A stretch of DNA of 64,000 nt from a virus (Duplodnaviria; Caudoviricetes), in IMG/VR virus record IMGVR_UViG_3300028048_001169, positions 64,001 through 128,000 of that record. One strand, given 5' to 3'. Position 1 is the first letter of the stretch; each line of letters opens with the position of its first letter. The translations under genes and the position numbers were made by a program. A model generated the notes under the pieces. The model did not search any database. It saw only the letters and a list, made by a program, of their open reading frames with translations, and had not been told where the DNA came from. Positions 19,365-28,875 of the stretch are shown here, one piece after another.

Positions 19365-20195
19365 ATGAATGAATTTAACAAGGAAAATCCGTATGGTGAA
19401 CGTGAAGATGGTAAACGAGTGTTTAAACCATTACTACTGGGATATGAAGATCAATTCAAGTTCCAAATGACTCCTGCTATGATGGAAGAACATTATAGAA
19501 AAATTGATCGATATGGTAAGATAGAACATGCATATGCAACTTTTAATAGTTTATTTGAAATAGAGAGTTATCTCAAATCAATGCTTAATATATCTAATAA
19601 TGAAGTTGCAATGAATATGATTGCTGATGGATGTAATTATGCTGTTGGTTTAAAAGGATTCATTAATGCTAATTTTAAAAATAATTATTTTTGGCATCCT
19701 AAAGTACATGCTAAGAATAAAGAATTTGAAAATTTAATTAGTGGGTATTATATAACTAATCAATTACCTAGAAAATGTATTTATACAATATTAGGTAAAT
19801 TTGAATACTGTTATGATCACATTCCAGCAGATCATGATACAATATATGCATATCTAACTAGATATACATTTACTCCAAATTATATTCCTAATTGGGCAGA
19901 TGTATTTATTATAACTCAAGATGTAGAAGGATGCTTTAAGCAATTTCCAATTATATATGCTTTAAATAGTTATAATCGATATAATACATGTACACAACAA
20001 CAAGAGGTATGTTTTTATATTGATTTTATAATTGGAAACTGTAGTTATAAATGGAGTAATATTGATTTTAATAAAAGTAGAAACTATGGAACATTCTTTG
20101 CTTCTAGATTAATAACTGATCGATTACCAACTGTTAATTATAATATAAGAGAATCTTTGGAGACTCGTTGTATTATAAGAAATGATTATGCATAA
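19365..20195 (+). CDS. hypothetical protein
   Basis: 276 aa; RBS, early promoter and terminator at 20204-20242. Confidence 0.75.
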   Translation: MNEFNKENPYGEREDGKRVFKPLLLGYEDQFKFQMTPAMMEEHYRKIDRYGKIEHAYATFNSLFEIESYLKSMLNISNNEVAMNMIADGCNYAVGLKGFINANFKNNYFWHPKVHAKNKEFENLISGYYITNQLPRKCIYTILGKFEYCYDHIPADHDTIYAYLTRYTFTPNYIPNWADVFIITQDVEGCFKQFPIIYALNSYNRYNTCTQQQEVCFYIDFIIGNCSYKWSNIDFNKSRNYGTFFASRLITDRLPTVNYNIRESLETRCIIRNDYA

Positions 20196-20299
20196 AGAAT
20201 ATAAATGGTATAGATAAATACTTCTATACCATTTTATTTTTTCTATTGTATATTGTAATTAGTATTTTGTAATAAATTATTACAGTATATACATATTAG

Positions 20300-20720
20300 T
20301 AAAGTTAGGTTGTTTCGGCGGCCTAGTGATAAGCCCTCGCACCGGAGCAAAGAACGCGGAACGAAAAAAGAACGAATAAAAAATACTTAAAGAATGGAAT
20401 AAATAAAAGAAACAAAAAATAAATAAAGAATAAAAAGAATAAATGAAACAGAAACAAAGAAACAATTAAAAAGAAATATAAATAATTAAATTAAATAAAT
20501 ATAATTAATAAAACAAAAAAATCTATAGAGACATAGAAATCTCTATAGATATATAAATAATTATATAATTAGTATTAATAATTAAATAAATATAATTAAT
20601 AATATTGGATTATCCAGTAAAGAGAAAATTATTCAGAACGAGAAGTATAAAATACAGGACTAGTTGAGCGGATTTGCCGATCCGCCCTACGCTTTTTCGC
20701 CGGTTCGTCGCTATCTGAAG
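20300..20720. other. candidate replication origin (A-rich/AT-only tract between two CG-rich islands)
   Basis: Purine-skewed tract, 23-bp direct repeat, 11-bp-stem hairpin and flanking CG-rich hairpin islands. Confidence 0.4.
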
Positions 20721-21537
20721 ACCTTACAGTACTGGTAGATATAGTACTCTCATTAGTAGATACAATATTACTATCAGTATTATTAGAAGATATATCAGTA
20801 CTAGATACAGTAGGTAATATATATCCATTATTCTTAATTGTAGATATACGATTAGACATTGCAGTAGATATATTATTCATATCAGGCAATTGATATTGAG
20901 TAGATTTATTCTCTATAGTAATTTCATTTTGTTCTAATACAGTAGAAGAAGATAACAATTCAGTTGTTTCTTCCATAGAGTATTTCTCAATACGATTCAA
21001 TGAATCTAATTGTTCTTCATCACAAAATGGTTTATAGAATTCTACAAATAATTTATATCTACCAATTACATTATCTACAGGTATAAAGAGTTTTCCAGCA
21101 TGTACTAATTGATGTGCTGTTTTAGATAGAGGAATAAGACCTACTAATAACTTATAGTGTAGCATAGTACATTCTTTAGCAAGTAATTGAAGATTTAATG
21201 GTTGGTGATAATAGCATCGTTTCTTATATACTATAGTAACGATATCATATAGAGTAAATGGATAATGATGTATTTCTATACGTATATTATAATTATCTTT
21301 AGAAGATACTTGTATGAAAGCACATTGATCCATATTCATATTATCTTTCATATATTTGATCATACCTCTATATTCAAAAGAACCTCTTATTTCTCTTTCT
21401 ATATCAGAGAAATATTTCTTTAATTCTTTTTCATCTTCTAAATCATAAATAGTATAATCAAACGGTGGTATTTCACCAAAGTTTAATACAGTATTTGAGT
21501 TATGTTGTTGAACACGAATTCCATCAGGATCTATCAT
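20629..21537 (-). CDS. HNH-fold protein
   Basis: CAF..IEIHHYPFTL...LIPLSKTAHQLVH pattern. Confidence 0.55.
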   Translation of the reverse strand: MIDPDGIRVQQHNSNTVLNFGEIPPFDYTIYDLEDEKELKKYFSDIEREIRGSFEYRGMIKYMKDNMNMDQCAFIQVSSKDNYNIRIEIHHYPFTLYDIVTIVYKKRCYYHQPLNLQLLAKECTMLHYKLLVGLIPLSKTAHQLVHAGKLFIPVDNVIGRYKLFVEFYKPFCDEEQLDSLNRIEKYSMEETTELLSSSTVLEQNEITIENKSTQYQLPDMNNISTAMSNRISTIKNNGYILPTVSSTDISSNNTDSNIVSTNESTISTSTVRSSDSDEPAKKRRADRQIRSTSPVFYTSRSE

Positions 21538-21567
21538 AAGTATGTATACCTCCTATATGTATAGTAT

Positions 21568-21578
21568 TAATCAAATGT
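21568..21578 (-). promoter_or_regulatory. late promoter ACAT-N5-TA
   Basis: ACATttgatTA upstream of 21537. Confidence 0.55.
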
Positions 21579-21598
21579 CTAGTTAAAATAATTTATAA

Positions 21599-21609
21599 TC
21601 ATATATTAT
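21599..21609 (+). promoter_or_regulatory. early-type promoter TCATATATTAT
   Basis: Exact motif upstream of 21665. Confidence 0.75.
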
Positions 21610-21664
21610 AAATTAGAGAAAAAGAAAGTGTAAAAATTTAAGAAAGGAGGCACTAATAGATAAT

Positions 21665-22582
21665 ATGGAATTAATGAATATACCTTTATTAAAAGAACGA
21701 TATGAACAAATTGAAAGATATTATAATATGATAGGAGTAGCATATGATGATGAAATGATTCGAAAGGAGATAGAAAGAGAATTGGATTTGTATGGTATGA
21801 ATGGAGAAGGGAACTTTAACGTGTGGATTGATCAAACGAATACTTATAAATTTGAAATGGCTCGTTATGATAATGAAGTACCGTTCTTATCGAATGCGAA
21901 TTATATAAATACGATTACGATTTATAATAATATCGGTATTAAGATAACGGAAATACGATTTAATGAATTTGATTGTATAAGAATTCTATCTAGTATTGTA
22001 GAGTTTACGACGTATTATTATAATACTGGTGATTCGTATGCTATTTCTATTAATCCGAATAATACAGGTTTAACGACATACGTAATCTATATTCAAAATA
22101 TATTTGAAGAAGAGTATGATAATGATACTGAGAAATATAATGTAAATGGAAATCTAAATCATGAGAACTGGAAAGATGTCCTTTTTCAAATTGTAGAATA
22201 TAATCCTCAATCAGGAGTAAAGCCTACTAATCTTGTAACTCTAAAATTACAATATGAAGAATTACAAGATTTAGCATTTCAAATCTTTTTCCATTTCTTA
22301 ATTGATTTGGACTTATCACAATATCAAAACGTACAACAAGACTTAAGAAATATAGAGCATTTTATGGTCTATGGTCAAGAGTACGATTTTGAATATACTG
22401 GCATAGAAAATGAGAGTAATGGTCTCGTAGAGACACGAGAAAAGGGACCTGTACAACTTTACGATTCTCGTAGAGAAGAAATTTCACAAAATCAGTGTAA
22501 TTACACAGGAAACTTTTCAAATCGTCCCATAGAGCCAGTTAGAACAAAAAAGATGTTTTTTAAACAAGGAAGGAGAAACTAA
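21665..22582 (+). CDS. hypothetical protein
   Basis: 305 aa; AAGGAGG RBS. Confidence 0.75.
   Translation: MELMNIPLLKERYEQIERYYNMIGVAYDDEMIRKEIERELDLYGMNGEGNFNVWIDQTNTYKFEMARYDNEVPFLSNANYINTITIYNNIGIKITEIRFNEFDCIRILSSIVEFTTYYYNTGDSYAISINPNNTGLTTYVIYIQNIFEEEYDNDTEKYNVNGNLNHENWKDVLFQIVEYNPQSGVKPTNLVTLKLQYEELQDLAFQIFFHFLIDLDLSQYQNVQQDLRNIEHFMVYGQEYDFEYTGIENESNGLVETREKGPVQLYDSRREEISQNQCNYTGNFSNRPIEPVRTKKMFFKQGRRN
22465..22536. repeat. dyad-symmetric site, copy 2 (core GTGTAATTACAC at 22495-22506)
   Basis: CTCGTAGAGAAG-N16-core-N16-CGTCCCATAGAG. Confidence 0.65.
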
Positions 22583-22583
22583 A

Positions 22584-23114
22584 ATGAGAGTAATTACAGC
22601 AGTAGAAAATTATGAATTGGATGACAATGAAGTAGTTGTATTTTTAGCTGGAGGAATAACTAATTGCCCAAATTGGCAAGAGAATGTAATTAACGAATTA
22701 CGTTTGAGTAAAGATGAATTGGAGAATCTTGTTGTAATAAATCCTAGAAGAGATAATTTCCCTATAGATGATCCAAATGCTAGTAATGATCAGATTACTT
22801 GGGAATTTAATGCTCTAGAAGCTTGCGATATCTTTTCTATGTATTTTTGCGATGCTCCTAGTGATCAGCCGATTTGTATGTATGAATTAGGTAGAAATAT
22901 CTATAAGAAATCGGAAGAAGATGAGTCTTATGAGAAGCGTATTGTTATAACTTGTGAGAAGGGTTATAAGAGAAGAGGAGATGTAGAGATTCAAACTGAA
23001 TTAGCTACGAAAGGTAAAGTATCAGTTAATGTAGTAGACGGTACTGGTTATTATTCTCATGCTAAGGGTATTATAGAATCTTATAAATACCTTAATAGCT
23101 TAATTAACGGATAA
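22584..23114 (+). CDS. nucleoside 2-deoxyribosyltransferase-like protein
   Basis: VFLAGGI..PNWQ, NPRR, QITWE..ALEACD, PICMYELG. Confidence 0.85.
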   Translation: MRVITAVENYELDDNEVVVFLAGGITNCPNWQENVINELRLSKDELENLVVINPRRDNFPIDDPNASNDQITWEFNALEACDIFSMYFCDAPSDQPICMYELGRNIYKKSEEDESYEKRIVITCEKGYKRRGDVEIQTELATKGKVSVNVVDGTGYYSHAKGIIESYKYLNSLING

Positions 23115-23119
23115 TAAAG

Positions 23120-23156
23120 ACGGAGTAGGATGATTTGTCCTACTCCGTTTCTTTTT
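23120..23156. terminator. bidirectional terminator
   Basis: ACGGAGTAGGA/TCCTACTCCGT hairpin plus T-tract between convergent genes. Confidence 0.8.
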
Positions 23157-23901
23157 AATCTCTATGTACTCTACGAGTTCTATTTTCTGCTGTATATGGA
23201 GTCATGTAATCATTATCTACGAGATTACTATGGATACCTGCTCCTAATAGATATACGTTAAGCATATTACGAGCAAGACCATCAGATCGAGTAACAACAT
23301 AATCTTTCTGAGATACAGATCCTTTATCAGCAATTGTAGCAATCATTTCACTAGAAGCTTGCATAGCATCAGCTTTAACAGAACGGAATTCGTCTAATGT
23401 ATCAGCAAGACCAAAAGAAGCCAGTGATTCAAAATCACGATCTGTTTCTTGAGCAGCTTTATCTTCTTGCATTAAGCGACCAGTTCTCATATCACGTTTC
23501 TCTACATGCATAGAAGCATTATTCTTCTTAGAGAGCATCTGTTTCATACGTTTAATATGGATATAGCCAACAAAGCATTCTTTACTTTGCACAGCTTTTC
23601 CATCAGCATTTGTGTAAACATGTGGAAAATTTACTTTCTCTAATAATGGCTTCTTTAAGATTTTAAATCCATCAATGATATCATACATTTTAGGATTAAT
23701 CTTAAATGCATCTTCATGGAAACGTAATGGTAATCGTCTCTGGAAGAATTTATAGAATTGATCATCTGACATTTTAGAGAATAATTTTCTATAATAATCA
23801 GAGTTCGTGTGAGTCTGATCTACTTTATCAAGTACATCATAGATTAGTTTCTCTGCTTCTAATCGTTGTTGCTTTGTTATTTTAGCGTTTGTTTGTGGCA
23901 T
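23155..23901 (-). CDS. RNA polymerase beta C-terminal small subunit (probably virion RNAP)
   Basis: CFVGYIHIKRMKQML (VTVGYxYxxKLxHxV-like), RDMRTGRL, DFESLASFG (EVWALEAYGA-like); start MPQTN after GGAGG. Confidence 0.75.
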   Translation of the reverse strand: MPQTNAKITKQQRLEAEKLIYDVLDKVDQTHTNSDYYRKLFSKMSDDQFYKFFQRRLPLRFHEDAFKINPKMYDIIDGFKILKKPLLEKVNFPHVYTNADGKAVQSKECFVGYIHIKRMKQMLSKKNNASMHVEKRDMRTGRLMQEDKAAQETDRDFESLASFGLADTLDEFRSVKADAMQASSEMIATIADKGSVSQKDYVVTRSDGLARNMLNVYLLGAGIHSNLVDNDYMTPYTAENRTRRVHRD

Positions 23902-24517
23902 AGTTAGCCTCCTCTTTCGCTCGTCTAGCTTCTTCAGCATCAATTTTCTTTAAGTTGTTGCCAACCAATCGAAGGATTTCATCGTATTTCATTCCATAGG
24001 TTTGATATAATCTATCATCAAATTCATCTGGTTCAGGGTCAGCAACAGATGCAACGGATAATATACGAATTGCATCAATATTTGAAGATCCACCAACGAA
24101 TCCAATATTGAATTGTGTACCAGCAGGAATGACATTATGAAAATCCATAACAATATGTCTAGGGATGATAAGATTAACATAGGATCTTGTTACATATTCA
24201 CTAGTTACAAAATCCTTGTTATATGTATCAACGTTTGGTTTTCTATGAACCATTTCTACACTTGTATTATTTTCTACCATAGGAAATAAGATAGGAATAT
24301 AGAAATTACCAACAACTGATGTATATACATCTTCCTTGGTCCAATAGTATCGTTCATAGAAATGATATGCAGATAGAATTTTGTCGGTTAATCTCTCTAA
24401 TGGTAGTAAAGGTAGATATATTTTACGTTGTAATTCTGCAACTTCAACAGATAAAGCATTATTATAATAAGATGCTGCTTGATCGTAGAATTTATTTTCT
24501 GTCAAATTAAATTCCAT
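23882..24517 (-). CDS. hypothetical virion protein, possibly baseplate/spike OB-fold
   Basis: IPAGTQFNIGFVGG..DAIRIL resembles the gp5/gpV OB-fold PxxGxxVxVxFxxGD motif; late promoter at 24555-24565. Confidence 0.4.
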   Translation of the reverse strand: MEFNLTENKFYDQAASYYNNALSVEVAELQRKIYLPLLPLERLTDKILSAYHFYERYYWTKEDVYTSVVGNFYIPILFPMVENNTSVEMVHRKPNVDTYNKDFVTSEYVTRSYVNLIIPRHIVMDFHNVIPAGTQFNIGFVGGSSNIDAIRILSVASVADPEPDEFDDRLYQTYGMKYDEILRLVGNNLKKIDAEEARRAKEEANYATNKR

Positions 24518-24554
24518 TAGAAATTTACACCTCCTTTAACTCGTATTTAATAAT

Positions 24555-24565
24555 TAATAAAATGT
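24555..24565 (-). promoter_or_regulatory. late promoter ACAT-N5-TA
   Basis: (A)ACATtttatTA upstream of 24517. Confidence 0.55.
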
Positions 24566-25161
24566 TTTTGAGGTACAAAGTTGAAGGGAAATGCTTTAAA
24601 ATTAGAATAGGAGATCGAAAAACAATGACACTTATCTTTAAAGACGGACAGCCAACCTTCCAGTACGATAACGAAGAAGAGTTATCATATAACTTTTTAT
24701 CAGCAATGGGTTTATCTGTTAGAAACGGTATTGTAATTGATAAGGAATATGATCCAAATGGAACAGTCCTTAAATTGGGTAGAAAAATTATTAAAGCTAA
24801 TATTGGCAATAGTGATTCTGAAATTCATTATGCTGGTGAAAATGAATCTCTTCTTGAAATGACAAGTAATATTCATTTATTAAATATCTTATTTGGATGG
24901 TATCTTGAAAAGAAGAACAGATTAGAAGGAAAAGAATGCTTAGTATTCAATCCAGAAGACACTGCACCAGATGAAAACGGAATACGTAAGACACATATGT
25001 GTATCCAGTTCAGAGACGGTGACCGTTTTGAATCGGATTATTATTACAATAAATGCTTATTATTTCCAGATTTAATATTCCGTATGGAAGAGATGAATGT
25101 AGACTTGCATAATTTCGATTCTACAGACTTCTTACAAGAAAAGGGGTATATAAGAAACTAA
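24562..25161 (+). CDS. hypothetical protein (true start may be 24625)
   Basis: 199-aa ORF immediately upstream of the helicase. Confidence 0.65.
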   Translation: MFLRYKVEGKCFKIRIGDRKTMTLIFKDGQPTFQYDNEEELSYNFLSAMGLSVRNGIVIDKEYDPNGTVLKLGRKIIKANIGNSDSEIHYAGENESLLEMTSNIHLLNILFGWYLEKKNRLEGKECLVFNPEDTAPDENGIRKTHMCIQFRDGDRFESDYYYNKCLLFPDLIFRMEEMNVDLHNFDSTDFLQEKGYIRN

Positions 25162-25162
25162 T

Positions 25163-26404
25163 ATGATAGTAAAACCAACATCAGAACAGGAATCAATTAT
25201 AGAGGAAGCTGTTCGATGGTTCCGTAGTGGATCAGAACAAGTATTTGAATTTAGTGGCAAAGCTGGTACTGGTAAATCAGTTGTATTAAACGAGATTATT
25301 AATCGTATTGGTTTATCACCTTCTCAGTATATTGCTGGAGCATACACAGGAGCTGCTGCTATTGTTATGAGAATCAAGGGTTTTCGATCTGCTAGATCGT
25401 TACACTCTATTTTCTATCATCTAGAAGAAGAAACATTAGGTTTTAATGATGATGATATGTCTTTCTTAGATGTCGTTAATACTCAATTTAATACGAAAAA
25501 GAAAATATTTAGGTTTGTACCAGCTCCTAAAGGAATCTTACCTTCTTCTGTACGTTTGATTGTAATTGATGAAGGTTATATGGTTCCGAAATACATGAGA
25601 AGAGTAATACTAAAGCATGGTATTAAAGTTTTAGTATGTGGCGATAGAAGACAGTTACCACCTATCGGAGATGATGCTGCTTTTTTAACAGGAACCAACG
25701 TAAGAGAACTAACTCAGATTATGAGACAAAATGCAAACGATCCAATTATCTATTTAGCAAATAGAGCAATTGAAGGATTACCAATTCATTGTGGTTCATA
25801 TGGACCTAATTGTATGGTAATTGAAGATCGAGATCTTACAGATGAAATGCTGCTTAAAGTTGGCAATGTTATCTGTGGTACAAATAAGAGTCGTGATTTT
25901 TTTAATCATCGTATCAGAGAATTAAGAGGAATTTCTTCACCATTCCCAGTATATGGTGATCGTGTTATTTGTCGCAATAATAACTGGGGAATCACGAATG
26001 ATAACATTGCATTAGCAAATGGTCTAACGGGATTTATTACATCACCAATTGATCCTTCCAGGATATATAATGGTAAAGATAGTCGATTATATGGAACCTT
26101 CCGTATGGATTTCTTACCAGATTTACTACAATATCCATTCCGTGATTTGAATGTAAATTACGAATACTTAGTATCTGATTATGCTGAGAGAAATAAGATC
26201 AAGAATAATCGATATACAAACGGTGAGTTGTTTGAATATGCTAATGCTATTACAACACACTTATCTCAAGGATCAGAATATCCTGCTGGTATATTCTATG
26301 AAGAATTCTTACGACCACAGATACAGAATCAGTTGAATTATACAGGTATCACTCGATTCAAAAAGTATCTGATTTATGTAAAGAAAACTAAGAGGTATTA
26401 TTAA
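25163..26404 (+). CDS. dda: Dda/RecD-like SF1B DNA helicase
   Basis: GKAGTGKS, IVIDEGYMV, GDRRQLPPI, LTQIMRQ, AITTHLSQGSEY, YTGITR. Confidence 0.92.
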   Translation: MIVKPTSEQESIIEEAVRWFRSGSEQVFEFSGKAGTGKSVVLNEIINRIGLSPSQYIAGAYTGAAAIVMRIKGFRSARSLHSIFYHLEEETLGFNDDDMSFLDVVNTQFNTKKKIFRFVPAPKGILPSSVRLIVIDEGYMVPKYMRRVILKHGIKVLVCGDRRQLPPIGDDAAFLTGTNVRELTQIMRQNANDPIIYLANRAIEGLPIHCGSYGPNCMVIEDRDLTDEMLLKVGNVICGTNKSRDFFNHRIRELRGISSPFPVYGDRVICRNNNWGITNDNIALANGLTGFITSPIDPSRIYNGKDSRLYGTFRMDFLPDLLQYPFRDLNVNYEYLVSDYAERNKIKNNRYTNGELFEYANAITTHLSQGSEYPAGIFYEEFLRPQIQNQLNYTGITRFKKYLIYVKKTKRYY

Positions 26405-26601
26405 TGAGAAATATGGATCAATATTCACTTATAGTAAATATCATTTTAGGATTAATCATTGCATGTATTCTTCTTATAGCTGGGGTTCCTCTCAGCCGTA
26501 AGAAGAAAACTGTGCATGATCTTCTCTTACATATGCTACCGTTTTCTATCGTAGCATTTATTGTGTTAATTTTTGTACTAAAACAATTACTTGGTGTTTA
26601 A
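26404..26601 (+). CDS. small two-TM membrane protein
   Basis: Two hydrophobic segments separated by RKKK. Confidence 0.65.
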   Translation: MRNMDQYSLIVNIILGLIIACILLIAGVPLSRKKKTVHDLLLHMLPFSIVAFIVLIFVLKQLLGV

Positions 26602-26613
26602 GGAGAATATAAT

Positions 26614-27141
26614 ATGAGCGATACACATACAATTGTAATAGATCATGAAATTGTACAGAGATCTAATATTGAAATTGGTAAGAGTAAACAAGTCATTGTT
26701 TGTCTAGAAGAAATATCAGAATTTCTTCAGGCATATATTGCTGTTAGAAATATACCAATTTCTATCATGGAAGAATTAGAAAGTGTTAGAAAAGTATTGA
26801 TTGATAATCTTGCTGAAGAGATTGCTGATGTACTTGTATGCTTTGATATTCTAAATGATATTTATCCTTGTACACATTTTATCTTCGATGTACCTAAGAA
26901 TTTTGGTAGTATGTCTAATTTGAAGATTATACTTTCTGCTTTAGCTATGCAGAAAGCTATATCAAAAGTATATAGACAAAGAGTAGATACTACACATGAT
27001 ATGGAATTATATGGAAATAATTTACTTCAGAATCTATTTAAAGTCGCAGAATATTATGGAATTACAGATGAATGTATCAATAGTATTATTCATGAAAAAC
27101 AATTGCGTACAGTAAGAAGATTAAACGGAGAAGAATTTTAA
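26614..27141 (+). CDS. MazG-like nucleotide pyrophosphohydrolase
   Basis: QVIVCLEEISEF and NLAEEIADV motifs. Confidence 0.7.
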   Translation: MSDTHTIVIDHEIVQRSNIEIGKSKQVIVCLEEISEFLQAYIAVRNIPISIMEELESVRKVLIDNLAEEIADVLVCFDILNDIYPCTHFIFDVPKNFGSMSNLKIILSALAMQKAISKVYRQRVDTTHDMELYGNNLLQNLFKVAEYYGITDECINSIIHEKQLRTVRRLNGEEF

Positions 27142-27153
27142 AATATTTTTCAA

Positions 27154-27164
27154 TCATATATTAT
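27154..27164 (+). promoter_or_regulatory. early-type promoter TCATATATTAT
   Basis: Exact motif upstream of 27206. Confidence 0.75.
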
Positions 27165-27205
27165 TATTATGATATAGGAAACTTGTTTTAGAATAGGAGA
27201 AACAA

Positions 27206-27817
27206 ATGGGTCGATTTGAAGATTTGGGAAAGGGTATACTACCGCACAGTCCATTTATAAAAGTGGATAAAGATGAAAAGATTAAACCGCTTTATAAAAT
27301 AGACGAGCAAATTAATACGGAAAGACGATATGTCATTACTAAAGCAACTGATCATGGTCGATTTGTTCGTAATGGTTTATTGTATTTCAATATGAAAGGC
27401 ATTGAAATTTATACGGATTTGAACAATGCTATTTTTGTAGATGAAATCAATGACAGTGTAACAGTTAAAGACTATGAGAATGCATTGGATGCTATTACAC
27501 CAGATGAAGATCCAGAACTACGTCAGTATGTCATCATGATGTATTGTGATGATGATGTAGAAGCAATGGGATATTCTAAGTATAATTGGGCATCAATGAC
27601 AGGTCGTTCTATGATGTATGATTATATCAAGGATAATATTGATATTATGTATATGAACCCAGATAAGAGTTTTATACTAACAGCAAATGTACCTCTAAAA
27701 GATGCACTTTCTGTAACTCAATTTGTTGATTATCTTAAGAATGGTAACCTAGTACCAGAAGATAATTTTGATATCCATGATTACATTGTAGACGATGTAG
27801 AGGAGGATGAATCGTAA
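27206..27817 (+). CDS. hypothetical protein
   Basis: 203 aa; AGGAG RBS. Confidence 0.75.
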   Translation: MGRFEDLGKGILPHSPFIKVDKDEKIKPLYKIDEQINTERRYVITKATDHGRFVRNGLLYFNMKGIEIYTDLNNAIFVDEINDSVTVKDYENALDAITPDEDPELRQYVIMMYCDDDVEAMGYSKYNWASMTGRSMMYDYIKDNIDIMYMNPDKSFILTANVPLKDALSVTQFVDYLKNGNLVPEDNFDIHDYIVDDVEEDES

Positions 27818-28248
27818 TGGCAGTTAAAAACTACTTTACTTTTATGGAAGAACGATATAATTCTCAGGATTTTGTTCATTATCTAAAACCTGATCAGATT
27901 CAGAAATATGCAAAGAATCGTATTTTCTATGAGATGTTTCGAGGAGATATTGATTATTCCAAATATGGTCATTATTATATTGATCCTAAGTTTTTGGAGA
28001 ATATAATCGTTGCTGCCCAAGATGAACTTATTAATAATACAACAATATACAATGCTTTAGTTGTATACGATAATGCATATCCTGGAGATCAGAATGTTAT
28101 AAAACTTCGTATTCGCTACAGCAGCTTAGCATATGTATATAACGTATTAGTTCAGAAATTAGTGAATGTTAAGGTTACTGGTAATATCGGTTTTATTACC
28201 GATATTCAATATGTCTTAGCAAGCTATAAACCACTGTTTACGAGTTAG
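27817..28248 (+). CDS. hypothetical protein
   Basis: 143 aa; coupled to the upstream gene. Confidence 0.75.
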   Translation: MAVKNYFTFMEERYNSQDFVHYLKPDQIQKYAKNRIFYEMFRGDIDYSKYGHYYIDPKFLENIIVAAQDELINNTTIYNALVVYDNAYPGDQNVIKLRIRYSSLAYVYNVLVQKLVNVKVTGNIGFITDIQYVLASYKPLFTS

Positions 28249-28258
28249 GAGGTTCGTA

Positions 28259-28702
28259 ATGGAAAAGGCAGTTCTCGAAAAATTTATCGGAGATCTAAAG
28301 ACAGCAAACATTGATCATTGGAATTTACGTTTTGAAGGTGGTAACCGTACCATTGGTCATGATTCTCAGACATGTTGTTTGGCACTATTGGATGATTATG
28401 TATTAGGAATTGAGACTAATAATAACTATGGTTCTACAACAGGTAGTTTTAACTTTAAAGCAATTCCATATGATAATATTGATACTGCATCTAGTTATAG
28501 TCTTAGTACAGCAGAGGCTGTAGCTTTTGCTAAAGCTGCTGGTATTTATAATGATGAAGTAGAGGAACTTATTAAAGCTTATGGTGGCAAAGTATCAATT
28601 CATCCAGGTACCGGTGGATATGGCGAGATCAAAGATAGCAAAGGTAATGTTATTATTGAACCAGGACTTCCTGGTCGAGTAACAACCGGTACAACTGTGT
28701 AA
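28259..28702 (+). CDS. hypothetical protein
   Basis: 147 aa; AGGAGG RBS. Confidence 0.75.
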   Translation: MEKAVLEKFIGDLKTANIDHWNLRFEGGNRTIGHDSQTCCLALLDDYVLGIETNNNYGSTTGSFNFKAIPYDNIDTASSYSLSTAEAVAFAKAAGIYNDEVEELIKAYGGKVSIHPGTGGYGEIKDSKGNVIIEPGLPGRVTTGTTV

Positions 28703-28798
28703 TTAAATATTATTTTACGTACATACTAGTACAGTAAAAAATACTGGACAGTATTTTTGCATTTTTGTCTAAAAATGGCAAAGTAAAAATATTTTCAG

Positions 28799-28809
28799 TC
28801 ATATATTAT
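28799..28809 (+). promoter_or_regulatory. early-type promoter TCATATATTAT (within a 48-bp extended repeat, 28778-28825)
   Basis: 45 of 48 nt identical to 760-807. Confidence 0.8.
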
Positions 28810-28875
28810 AACTAGGATATAGGAAACATATTATACATCAAAACAGAGTATATAGTATTAAGGAGGAAATTAAAA

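Noticed and set aside
20280-20465. 61-aa Phe-rich minus-strand ORF
   Set aside because: Artefact of the A-rich tract; no RBS
20363-20610. CRISPR array or tandem repeat
   Set aside because: Low-complexity A/T sequence with only one duplicated 23-mer; no regular repeat-spacer pattern and no cas genes in the window
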